A DNA stretch of 48,494 nucleotides, counting the filler, from Streblomastix strix (lineage: Eukaryota): the NCBI GenBank assembly GCA_008636045.1. It is 2 parts of 2 records of this genome, joined end to end, with 100 filler letters (N's around TTAATTAATTAA, not from the genome) between each part and the next. Parts side by side here need not be neighbours in the genome. Positions count along the whole stretch, not along the records: positions 24,323 to 48,494 come from SNRW01000244.1; 1 more part is not named here. The stretch is one strand, 5' to 3'. This document shows positions 29,401-42,887 of this stretch, in pieces. The notes beneath the pieces are model-generated. The model was not told where the DNA came from, did not search any database, and was given only the letters and a program-made list of their open reading frames with translations. A program made the position numbers and the translations under genes. Position 1 is the stretch's first letter. Each line of letters opens with the position of its first letter.

Positions 29401-31700
29401 CCAAAAGAAAATTAACAAGATAAAAATAAATATCATCAACTCTTGCAATGTTTAGTCCTAAATCAAATGATATTATAATGAATTAAGATAAATAAATGAA
29501 AAATCAGAACTAAAAACATCGATAAGAATCGAATGATCATTAAAAATAAGAATATATAAAAATAGATGAAGATGATAAAGACGACGACGACGATGAAGAA
29601 TAAGAATAAGAATAAGATTAAAGTTCAAATGATGCTAATAAAATGTAAATAACTACTCCATTGAGACCTTTACGACCAATGCTATTAAGAAAAGTTAAAT
29701 AGAAGACAAATGATAAGAAAGAAGAATTAAATATAAAAATTGAAGAAAATAATAATAATGAAAATTAATAAGAAAATGATTAAATTAATAATAAATAAAA
29801 AGAAGAAGAAGAATTTGAGAAACGAATGGAATAAAGATATAATAATGAAATAATAATAGGAAGAGGAAGAGGAAGAGGAAAAGGAAGAGGTAATGGAAGA
29901 GGAAGAGGAAGAAGAATTGGAAGAAAAAAAGGAGTTGAAAACAATGTAAATAAAAAGGAAAAAGATTCTTTAAAAGAAAGAAGAGCTGTAAGATAATCGA
30001 TTAGAACTCGTGGAATGGATTAATTAAAAGAATAAAATAATTTTGAAAGTGAAAGTGAAAGTGAAAGTGAAAATGAAAATGAAAAAGATTCTAATAAAGA
30101 GAAAGAAATGAAATCAAACCAAAAAATAAACTAAATTCAACAACTATCAAACTAACCAAAACAAATATAATCACATCAATCACTCACAAAAACATAAGAG
30201 AAAATTAGAGCAGCATTAATAAATGCCAATGAAACACGATAAACAACTATATTAACACTTCCAGCTACAACATTAAGAAGGTATGAAATATATTTATTAA
30301 ATAGAAAATACGAAAATTATTTACTATTTTATTTAAAATCTTTTTTATTTCTATTCATCATCATTATTATTATTATTATTATGATTATGATTATGATTAT
30401 GATTATGATTAGATTGGAATTGGGTCATATTGAAGGTGGACCTGCATCATTACGAAAGTTAAATCCAATTACAATCATTCCAGAAAAAGATGATATTGCG
30501 TTGAATAATGAAGCAAAATAATAATAATTTAGAAATAATGCTAAACATCTTGAAAATGAAACTAATCAAAAAAGAAATAATATATTAATTAAAAGAAAAT
30601 AAGAATATGAAGAAGACGAATAAGATAATAATGATGAATTAATTAGATCAAGTATTGCAGTACTTGATATGAAGGAATAATAATAGAACAATGAATCTAA
30701 ATCAGATATTAAATAATTTGAAAATGAATTTATAAGTAAAGAAAATGGAATTGGATAAGAATTTGGAATTAATATTTAGAAATAAAATAAAATAAATAAA
30801 ATTGAAGATAATATTGCAGAATAGAAAAAAAGAAAAAGTAGAAAAGAAAGCGATGAAGAAAATGGAGATAATGTACAAATCACAGGAGTAAAAATTAAAA
30901 AAACAAGAGAATAATTGAATAAAGAAGATGATAATAAAGAAGATTAATAATCAATCAAATGTGATTTTATTCCTAATAAACGAAGGAGATTGACAGAGGA
31001 TGAAGATATTAATAAAGAAGAATCAAAAGATGCTGATATGAAAAGATAAAATAATTAATTAATGAAAGATATAGATGTAGATGTAGATGTAGATGTAGAT
31101 ATAGATGTAGTAGTAGATGCAGATGCATAATTTGGTTAATATGAAACTGAAACTCATTCAAACTAGCGAATATCAAACATCCTTCAAATTGCAGGATAAT
31201 TCCCTTCAGCACAAATTCGAAAAGTCGCCAAATAAGAGATTCACAATGCACTTATTGAATTCAATAATCTGAATTAATTAGGAATTACAAGAGAAAATAA
31301 ATCTTAATAAGATAATTATAATCATTTCACAAATAAAGGATTGAATTAAAGAAATGGAAATCTCAAATTGAACGAAGAAAAGGAGAATATGAATATTGTT
31401 GAGAGTGAAGTACTCCAAGGTGTTACATTAGATCTTCGTCGAGCAGTGATGCATATGCTTGATAAAGTTACACTCATTGTTGATGAAGCTGCTGAACAAA
31501 TTTAATCAGAAAAGAATAAGATCAATATGACAGGTTTGCCTTTTTCTTTTTATTAAATTTCTAATTATCTTATCATTTTCATAATTTTAAATTCTCTTTA
31601 TTATATTAGTGAAGAAAATTCTGGAAACAATCCATTAGATACAGAAAGAAGAGTGAATAATGAAACGATGAGAGTTTCTAATAACATAAATTGCAGATGA
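26431..31700 (+). CDS. Large hypothetical protein (helical N-terminal domain, long low-complexity middle, short C-terminal helix), multi-exon
   Basis: Long TGA-free frames with GT-AG introns and E/K/N/Q-rich and GRGRG tracts. Exon boundaries are approximate. Confidence 0.65.
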
Positions 31701-32390
31701 TATTTCTCATTTTGATAGAAAGATATTTATTTATATACATGAAAATAAAAAACAAGCACTTACAATATTTATATGTTGATTCATCACCAGTATAATTAAA
31801 ATTAATTATTCCTAAAAGAAAACAAAATATTTTTTTTAAATACATTTTTCAATCACAAAGAGTTTACAAATTAGGTTAGTAAAATTTCAGTATTAAATAT
31901 TGATTAATTTTATTATGTAATAAGTATTATTTTCATCTAACTCATAAACGATGAACCTATTATTTAACTACATATAAATTACAATTTAAACACGAACAAT
32001 AAATTTATATTATATATTAATGATTTTTTTCATAATGTCGATATATATTATAATTAATATTTGAAAATTTTCACATATAAAAACTATACATTTGCTTAAA
32101 ACAAAGAATTTATTTTTGATTTTAGCTTTTTGATTTTCACAGCATAAAAGTTTTATTATTTAACAACAATGAACTCCAAATAATAACATTTATTTTTTTC
32201 GGGTATTATCTAATATTTGAAAGAATATACCCTAGGGATGGGCATAACGAATGCTGTTTATAAATTCATTTAAAAAAACCAATTTTTTCTCATTTTCAAA
32301 ATTTATTTTATCTTTTTAAATGATTATCTTTCATTTTAATAACATTTAGTTAACTTATTTTTGATTTATATTGAAATTTATACTATTAGA

Positions 32391-35300
32391 ATGACGCAAC
32401 CTTTAAAAGTGATTGAAGATACAAGTTCCTTTGAAACTATTCGTCAGAAAAGGCCTAGAGAAAATGCTGAAGACCCCACACCAATCAAAAGACCTCGTCT
32501 TGGTGATATGCCTTAGATATTAGGCTTCTTGACCAGCAACACCAATCAACATGATACACCCTCACCTGAATAATATCCAAACCCACCAGTAAGTGCAACT
32601 GCAAAACCAAAAGCCCAGTCTGTGTCACCAGCAGACGATAGCCCTGAACTAAAAGATAAATCTAAACAAAATGGACTTATTATTCCTAATCAAAATATTA
32701 ATATTCAACCGATCAATAACTTCTTCACAACCAATAAAATTAATAATCAATTACAAATAAATCCATCTATACATATTAATACATAAAATTCTTTATTTTC
32801 AAACACATCAACACTTCAGAAAGAGCCTTAACAAGATTTACCACACACTATACCACAATAAAGCATCTTTTCATTTTTTCCTGCACTTCCCAAACCCAAA
32901 TAATAAACATAACTTTCATTGATTCCATAATAATAATAATAAAATTAATAATAAACATAATAAACATAATCTCCATTTACAACATTGCCATATAATTAAG
33001 GATAAAATTAATTGAATAATATAAATAATAATTAAACTAAACCCAATCTTAATTTATCTCAATTATTTTCTCCATCAAAATCTTTCTTTTAATCCAATTC
33101 ATTAGTTAACCAAACATCAACACTTCAAAATAAGAATACACAATCTAAAGTAGATATTAACATATAGAAACCTACTCAAAATGTTAATCCATTTGCTTCT
33201 TCCTAATTTTAAAACAATAAAACGTCTTCTTCTTCTTCTTTAATTTAATCTTCTTCATTTTCATCACTTCACAATTCAAATCTTTCATCTACATTACCAT
33301 CATTGAAAACATCATTAATATAATAATAATAATAATAATAATAAAAGTAATAATAATAAATATAACAATTTCCTTCATTTGAACAATAATCTGATCTGAA
33401 TTAATCTCCATAATCATCTACTACTTCTAATTAATAGAATAAACTATAATATTCATCTCCATCTTCATCAGTATCAACTCCAATATCCAAATATACTCCT
33501 CATTAACACATATTCTCTCCTTATCCTGTATAAACTCTTAATTCTCCATATTCAATATAATCTAATTCATTATTACCTGAATAATCTAATTCATTATTAT
33601 CTGAATAATCTAATTCATATCCTACAAATGCTTAATCTCCAGCTGATCTTCATTTAAATACACAATAATAATTATAAGATCCATTTGATGATTCATTTGA
33701 GGACATCAATAATGATAAAAAGGAAAAGAATTAATTGGTCAATAAATAAAATGAATTAGATAATAATAACAGCAACATCAATATTAAAGAAAAGAATGAA
33801 GATATTGAACTTAATAGTAATTAATAAGATAAAGTCAATGAAAATAATGAACAAAATGAATTAAATGACATATTTGCATTTGAATTCACTGAATAAAATG
33901 ATGATATACCCAATAAGCAAGAAGATTAATCTAATAAATCTAAATAAGGGAAAGGAATAAAGAAATCAGCATCGCAATCATCATTTAATTAGTAATAAGG
34001 ATCTTCATTGGCATAAACAAGAGAAAGAAGAACAATCAAACATCCAACAAGATTCTAAGGAATTGATTTTGATATAATAAAGAATTAAGATCCAGTTAAA
34101 AAGGATAAATAAGAATAATTAATAATTGGAAGAGGAATAATTGGAAGAGGAAGAGGAAGAGGAATTAGAGGAAGAGGAAGAGGTTTGAGAGGGAAGAATA
34201 ATTAATTAGTTACAAATGTAACTTCAAATGATATTGAGAATGATAATGATAATGGGAATGACAATAGTAATAATAATATATAAGATGTAGATAATAATAA
34301 TAAAGAAGATAAAGATAGTAATGAACATATTGGAGATATAAAAGAAAGTAATATTGAATAAATGAATACAATTGACAATAATTAATAATTAATTAAAGAG
34401 AATGAGAAGAATAATGAACAATAAGATTAAGATGGATAATCATAAACATAGAAAGTGACTTTATTTGATCAAAATGAGAAATAAAACTTAAATAACAAAA
34501 TATAGAAGAGAAGATTAATAAAGAAATAACTTTCAGATGAAGATGAAGATGAAGATGAAGATGAAGTTGGTAATATTCATTAAAATATTCATTCTATTTC
34601 TCCACTTATATTCTCTCCTTAATCAAGATCAATATCTCCTACAAATAAATTAAATAAAGATAAAGATAATCATTAATAATAATAATAATAATAATAAATA
34701 TAACAATCTAATTCAAATACTAACACAAACATACCTTCAAGATCTTCACTATAAATTGCTGGTTTTGATGAAGAAACCATTTAAATGCTTCTTCAATTTG
34801 CAGATCCAGAAGAATTAGAATAATAAAGACAAATAGAATTAGAAATAGAGAATCAAATCGAGTCTGACAGAATAATGGCATAAAAGATGGAGAAAGAAGG
34901 AAATGAAGACTAAAATGATGGAATTAATGGAATTGGAGGAAATGAAGGCAGAATTGGATTAATAAGAGGAAGAGGAAGAGGAAGAGGATTGGTTAGACCA
35001 AAAGCAAAAGCTAAGGTTGAATTATTAAAATATTAAAATATTATTAAAATATTATTAAATTATTATTTATTATATATATTATTAATATTAAACTCAGACC
35101 AAAGCAAAAGCAAAAGCCAAAACAAAAATCATTTCAATTCATCCAATACAAATAGAACATAATTAATAAACTAATAGTTTGATAATATAAGATAATCAAG
35201 TTAATCAAGATAATGAAGTACTATTATAAACCAATATAAATGATCAATTAACAAATCATAATGAAAATGAGGGAATAATGGAGAAAGATATTCATAATGG

Positions 35301-37086
35301 GGAAATTGATGAATAATTGATATCAAAACCAAACATCAATATAATGCCATAAATTGATCTTGATAATGATGATGAATAAAGTATGATAATTGATAATAAT
35401 TGAGATTTATTCTAATTATTTATTATTTTTCTATTTTAATATTTCATTTATTTTATTTGTTTAATAATTGTAATAATATTATAAATAGCTGAAAATGAAT
35501 TATTACAAAGAAAGAATGAAAAAGAAGAAACAAAATAAAGAAAGAATAGAAAATAAGGAAGAAATAGATTAATAATTGATGATAGTGATTCTGATTCTGA
35601 TATACTAGTAATGGGCAAGTAAGATACTAGTAGTGATGATGATGATGAATTTAGATTGGATAATAAGAATAAATTAGGAAACAATATTGATGATGATGAT
35701 GATGAAGATGATTTAAATGATCTCATATTTAATAATAATAAGAATAATAAAGAAAGGAAAAGAATAACTAAAGAAAAGAAAGATAAAGATGAAAAGTTTG
35801 TTTATTTATGAATTTCTTTTTTATTTTAATTATTATTATTATTATATAATATTTTTTATTCTCTATTTACTTATTCCTTTCTTATTAATATTATTACAAA
35901 CATATACCAGAGATGATATATTTTCACTGCTCAATACTTCAAAATCAATAAATAATGATTTGAAATTAAATAAAACAACTACAATTGCTAGAGGAAGAGG
36001 AAGAGGAAGAGGAAGAGGAATATCAGCACTTACTGGAAGGAGTATAAGTTTGTGTTTATTATTTATATTCATTTATTATTTTTTATTTATTCTTATTTAT
36101 TTATTCTTATTTCTATATATATTCTTCAGCTGGGTGGGGTGCATCTTATTTTGGTATGTAAGATAATGATAGAAGTAGTGATGATGATAAAAGTAATGAT
36201 GATAAAGCACATTAATATAATATATTTGATTTGATTGGAAGAGGAATATCAGATGATGAAGAAGATGATGATTATAGTGATGATGAAGATGGAAATATAT
36301 TTAATAGAATAGGGAAGAATAAGAAAGGAAGAAACAAGGAAATGTTGAAAGATAAACAAAAAACAACAGGAAAACCAATTTTAAAGAAAGATACACTTAA
36401 TATTCCAAACTTAAATACAGTTCAGAGCAACAGTATATAATTATTGATTAAATTAATTATATTTTAGATTTATATTTATTATTCTTTTTATCTGTATATT
36501 ATCCTATGAACAGCAACACCAATGGCTCTAACATTTAATGATAATTATAAATAATCTTTGATTGATCAATAAAAGGAGAAGAAAAAGGAAAGGTTGAATA
36601 AATAGTTTATATTAATATTAATATTAATATTTATTTATTTCTATTTTTATACTAATTTGATTATTAATAATAATTAGAGAGAAATTAACATTAGAATAGA
36701 AATTGATTAATGAAAGAAAAGAAAAAGCAGAAATTGAAAGAAAGAAGAAAGAACAGAAATTGGAAAAAGATAAATAAAAAGAAATAGAAAATGAATTGAA
36801 TAGTAAATAAGATATTGAAAGATAGAATGCGTTACAATAAGATATAGAAGATCAATTACAATAATCAAAATAATAATAATAATAACAACAAATTAAAACA
36901 GCTAAATAAATCAAACAAGAATAGAAGGAAGAGAAGAAGAAAGCAAATTAATTAGAATAATAAAGAATCAGAAGAGAATTAGATGAAATTAGAGAAAGAG
37001 ATAGGAAGAAGAATGAATAATATAATAATAATAATAATAATAACAATAACAATAATAATAATAACAATAACAATAATAACAATAAC

Positions 37087-37118
<32 letters not shown>

Positions 37119-37250
37119 TAATAGAGACTTAAATTAATTCATAGATGTATTCCAGAATCATAATTAGTAACCATAAATATAAGGGCATCAAATGACTGAT
37201 GAAGAAATAGAAGCAGAAGAAGAAGCAGAATTATAAAGAGCGATATAGTA

Positions 37251-37335
<85 letters not shown>

Positions 37336-38826
37336 TTATACTTTTATTTATTATTTATTATAATATCATATATAAAAATTAAAATATTGAAATTATTTCT
37401 GATATTTTCTTTATTATTTATTTGAATCAGATTATCACTAGAATTATCAGAAAAAGTAAACAATGACTCTATTATTAATAATGAAGATAATAAGAGAAAG
37501 AAGAGGAAGAAGAAAAAGAAAGGAGGATTATTTGATGCTCCATATATATTTGGATAAGATGATAGTAATGATTCTGAATCAGATTCTAATATTAATTATG
37601 AATATAATAGATAATAAGATTAGGATGATGATATAATTAATAATAAGAATAATGATAGAGTTTGTCTTAAATGTATGAAACTTAAGAGGAAACCTGGATA
37701 GAATCCATATTATAACAATTCAACTCCATAATAATAAAATTCTATTTATTGTACTTGTGATTAACATCAGGAGAATAAGTAAGATAAACAAATTCCAAAT
37801 CCACAGGTTCAACAAAATACAACACCAGGAAACATTTATAATCGACCTCCTCAAATTAATAATAATCCAATTGTGAGATAGTCTTTTTCAATTGGGATAT
37901 AAAATCCATTGAATTAAAATATAAATAGATTACCTGAAATTCCACCTCCTCCAAAAGTTTAACCATAATCTAAACCAAAGCCAAAGAAATAAGTAAAGCC
38001 AAAATAAGCAGTTCATTAAATTACTAATTTCTTTGGTGTCAATAATGTTAATAATACTGTCCAAGCACCTTTGCTGAACAGGTTAATACAATATCAGAAT
38101 GTTTAACATTAACATTTACAACAATAGTAATAGTAAGTATAATAAATTTAAACAGTTTAGCATCAACAATAATAGATATAAGCACATTAGTAACAACATT
38201 AATAATAAACAGTTATATAATAACATCAACAGCTACAACAACAACAATAATAATAATAATAAAATTAAAATTAAAACGGAATATTTGGGGGTATGTTTAA
38301 TGGCTGGCAAAGAATGTTTCCTTGGAATAACAATAATAACAATAATAATGCAAATATCAACCCAAATAATAATGCATCTTTAAATGCTAATTCTAATGCA
38401 CCTTTAAATGCTAATGCCAATACAAACACAAATTCAAATAGAACTATACCAGTTTGATAATTTATTATTATGTCAATTCTATCTCATTACTTTTTAATTA
38501 TTTATTTCTTTTGTTATAATTCTTTTCAGTAAAAAGAAGAGGATGTTGGAGGAATGACTGATATTGAATTAGCCAAAATAAAGTCTGGGAAGGTTACATT
38601 AAAGCACATTCAAAAAGATGATAAGGAAGATTTTGAGAGTGTTTTTGGAGAGTGTCCTATCTGCTTCGTCGAGATATCTGTGGGAAATATGTGCACCAAA
38701 CTCACTATTTGTGGCCATAGCTTCCACACAGAATGCATCAAGGCCTGGCTGGTCAAGAAGCGTTCGTGCCCCAAATGCAGAGCGATTATTGATATAAGCT
38801 CCAGCGCGACACAAGCACCCAAATGA
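32391..38826 (+). CDS. Large RING-H2 E3 ubiquitin ligase with UIM, SIM-like motifs, RG repeats and polyQ
   Basis: C-terminal CPIC...CGHSFHTECIKAWLVKKRSCPKCR; UIM EEEAELQRAIQ/LSLE split by an intron; N-terminal NLS-like KRPR. A single gene is assumed. Confidence 0.75.
37022..37117 (+). repeat. (TAA/CAA)n coding trinucleotide tract (polyQ or polyN depending on frame)
   Basis: Mixed taa/caa run inside an exon. Confidence 0.8.
37253..37332. repeat. (AT)40 intronic microsatellite
   Basis: Perfect dinucleotide run just after a GTATG donor; a shorter (AT)n run lies at ~27486-27510. Confidence 0.95.
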
Positions 38827-39207
38827 ATGTTTCTGTATAAATATAGGGAAATACTAACTAGAATTTTACTATTATATAGATTGATTTATTCTGCTAACTT
38901 ATGAACAGCTATTAAAAATATAAAATGAGCTGCTGGGAGACTGTAGCAAACAAATATTTTTCAAAATGTAAAATATTTTATTAATTATATTGATATGCAT
39001 CTTTTTCTTTGAATAACTACTTTAATTACAAACTCACAATGTTAAGCGCCTATTTTTCATAAATCGCTGCTCAGCTCATCATCGCTTATTTATTATCCAT
39101 CCATTGTACAAATTTCACCTAATTTTATTGTTTTTCATTTATTTAAACTAATACAACCCCCTATTTTTTTAGTATTTTAGACAACCTACCCAGTGAATAA
39201 AACTGAC

Positions 39208-41242
39208 ATGGAAGATTCTCAACAAATGACATTAGACTACCTTGGTTTGCATTTTTCAGCTCGATTCATACTTTATTTGCATTTTATTATACTTATTTAA
39301 ACAATAGAGCAGATTCTTGATCTGTTTCTAGAACAAAAGAGACTGTCTGTTTAATAAACACTCTCAATCCTAAAGCAGGGCACTGGAGTGTTTTAGCAGC
39401 TAAAAAACGTGATTGATGTAGATTCTGGGCCAAATTAGTAGATAATAATTGTGGTATTACATTGATCAATGTATTTTTGAGTAATATACTTCTTTCTTTC
39501 AGGGTGATACACACGGGCAATTCTATGATGTTGTTAATCTCATTGATATGTATGGTCCTCCATCAGAGAACCAAATTTATCTTTTTAATGGAGATGTTGT
39601 TGATAGAGGTTCACACGGAGTTGAAGTATGACTTAATTTTTATTTTATTTTATTTTATTTTTTAAGTATCTTTTAAGAATATGTTATTTCTAATTGGTCT
39701 CAAACTTGTATTTCCAAATTATATTCATATCTTAAGAGGAAATCATGAAAGTGAGAGGTGCACTTAAGTATATGGATTTCGCTTTGAAGTATTTGACAAA
39801 TATAAAGACAGTGTAGATAGTGAAGAAGAAGTGTATCATGAAAATGAATAAATTAAAGAAAATAAAAGTAACATTAAAATCCCATTTGAAAAAGAAAGTG
39901 ATATTAAAATTGATAAGGAATGTAATGATGAAAGTTAAGATAAGAATGTTATTGATTTAATGGAAATAAAGACCCAGGATGATGATAATGTTCTTCTTTC
40001 TTAATCTAATAAAGATTAGAATAAAGTTAATGCTAAATAACCATATAGTGAGTATGACTATTTATACATTTATTTATTATTATTCTTTTCTATTAATTAA
40101 TTAATTATCCTTACATTCAAGAATGAAAACAGGTTAACTTGTTTATTCAGCATTCCTATAATTATTTAATTCACTTCCAATAGGTGCTATTGTGAATAAA
40201 GAAATATTTGTAACTGTATGAATGAATTTATTTACTTAATTTAAGAATACGCAATTTTGGGGATATTGATGAAAGATTGAGGAAATATCTGGATATATTT
40301 TCTATTTATTATTATTTATAATTATTTTAATATCATATGCAAAGCATGGAGGTCTATTTGATCGTTATGGAGTTACTATTGATGATATTCAGAAGATTAA
40401 CAGGTATATAATTAAGATTGGGAGTTTATTATTGAATTATTTTATTTAATTTTGATTAATTTCGATTATTATATTTATTCGTATAAGATTCTGTGATCCT
40501 GGATAAGAAGGTGGTGAGAATTTAATGGGTTAAATGATGGTATTCAAAATTACCTAAGAATAATATAATATTATTTATTTATTATTAATATAATTCTTGA
40601 TTCAATTTTATATTCAATTATATTTGTTATCAATAGTGGGCAGATCCCTCTGAATTCACTTCATTTCATCCTTCAATAAGATCATATGGATGTTTATTTG
40701 GAGAAGATGTTACTGATGTATTATTATTTATTATACATTTTACATGAAATTATTTTGCGCTTATTTATTTTACGTTGTATTTTTTTTTCATTTTGTAATT
40801 ATTTTTATGGCAGGACTTTCTTATTAATAATAATTTAAAATTGGTTGTTAGATCACATGAACAAAAGAAGAATGGATTTCAAATTCATCACAGTGGGAAA
40901 TTGGTTTGTATTATTTATCATCAATTTATTATAATATATATTATAATGAATTTATGATAAATTTGATTATTTTCTCTTCTTATTATCTTATTTCTGAAGA
41001 TAACAATATTCTCTGCGCCTTCATATTGCCTCGATACCAACTTAGGTGCTGTGCTACTTGTTACTAAAGATGAAAGTTAAGATGAAACTGAATCATAAGA
41101 TGAAAAGGAGAAATAAATGAAGTAAAAACAGCAATAGAAGGACATTCAATAGAATAATAAGATAAAGAGCCATATAAAATTCAGATAGTTTAGGGGTGTT
41201 TCTTTTCCTTAATGTAAATGTTATTTTAGTGGAGAAACATGA
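39208..41242 (+). CDS. PPP-family Ser/Thr phosphatase (PP5/PP7-like catalytic domain), multi-exon; 5' end uncertain
   Basis: [46 protein letters not shown]. Confidence 0.9.
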
Positions 41243-41699
41243 CAACTACTCTATATCTTTTGCAACATTTATTTTTTGAATTTATATGAAAATAAAAAAC
41301 TATTTATTAACAAATTTCTTTTTATTGTAATTGTATTTTTATTATGTTGTAATGATGATAAATAAGAACTATTTTCCTTGATTCAACAATTGCAATGTAG
41401 ATTCATCATCTTATTAAGTAATAAAAATGAATTTTAAATCAACAAAATAGTATTTTTTGAGTTAAAATTTATAAAACTTTGAACAGAAAAAATAATTTCA
41501 ATTTTAACGTATGTTTAATTTCATATATTTTATTGCAAATTAAAGATTGTTTTATAGTGATCAATCTTTCTACATTCAACACCATCAAATTATAGATTAA
41601 TTGTGCAGATTATTCTAGAAAGTTTAATTCAAATATTCATGATTTTATTATATTATTATACATTAAGCAAAATAATTTAGAAATGCAGTATTAAATACG

Positions 41700-42117
41700 T
41701 CAATAGAATGAAGGTCGAGTAAAAAAGTTAATTTTTCGTCGAATAACACCTACTATATCATATTCAGATATAAACTTACTTAATTTTTCATCATTTTGAT
41801 TTTCTTTCTCAGATCTTTCATTATTAGTTTTGTTCTTTTCTATGACTAAAAAAGGTTTAACAAGATTTTCAATTTTCCCGGTTAGTATGTTGTTCTCAAT
41901 CTTTAATGAAACTTCATTATCCTACATTAGAAATGATTTATTATAATTGATAAGAAATAAAAGTGCAATAGACCAAAAATGAAAGCTGACCAATCTCTAT
42001 GCTTTCTTCCGACTTATCAGCACAAACTTCAATAACGCCCTGTATGTCTATAGCAATCCATTCACGTTCAGCTCCAATTTAAACAAAGAATGACGATGTT
42101 TACGGGCGAGCTAACAT
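41700..42117 (-). CDS. CTF8: Chromosome transmission fidelity protein 8 (Ctf18-RFC subunit), 2 exons
   Basis: EWIAIDIQGVIE...IGQL, LTGKIENLVKPFLVIEK and YDIVGVIRRKINFFTRP match the Ctf8 family pattern. Confidence 0.8.
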
Positions 42118-42887
42118 ATAACTTATTAAAAATAAGAAAAATAAGAAAAAGAGAAAATAAAAAATAAAATGATGTTTATTTCTTAATTAAGAACAAATTC
42201 ATTTATAGAATATATAAGAATTACAAATTAAATGAATAATTATATATTAATGTCAAAATAACATCAAAAAATTGTTTCTTAGTGAGAATTTGATAATTTT
42301 AAAAAATAAAATTATTATGTTAAAAAGAAGACAGGTAAGAATAAATAAAATATGAAAGTTTAAAAATTAAATTGTGCGATAAATTTAATTGTAATTAATG
42401 AGCAAATTGCAAAAATAGTGTATTTATCGTGTCGAGATATGGCACTGAAGTTGTGTTATTGATTTCTAGTCAATTAATTAGCATAAAGTATTTATTTTAT
42501 AAGAAATTGAAATATTTTATCCGTTCTAATATTATTTCAAGATATTATAACAAGAGGAAATATCATTGTAGAGAAAAACGCTTAGCAACTTTATCTGGCC
42601 ATTATTCAAAAATTAATTATGATTTTAAGATATAATGTAAAATTAAATATATTATTTTCATAAATATAAATAAATTATTTTATAACAAAATGTAAAAACA
42701 TAACACTTTACCTCACAAAATTGAAGTTTAAAATTCAGGAAATTAAAACATGAAAATATATTTATTTTTTCATTAACAATAATGTTTCTTTTATAAATTT
42801 TATTTTAATTATATTTTTATTATTTTATTAATTTATATGCATTCATTTTACCCTGTACTCTGTTATCACTTTTTTTTATTTTAGAAA

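Noticed and set aside
32232..32245. TAGGGATGGGC as a hAT terminal repeat
   Set aside because: No partner inverted copy or TSD was found in the window.
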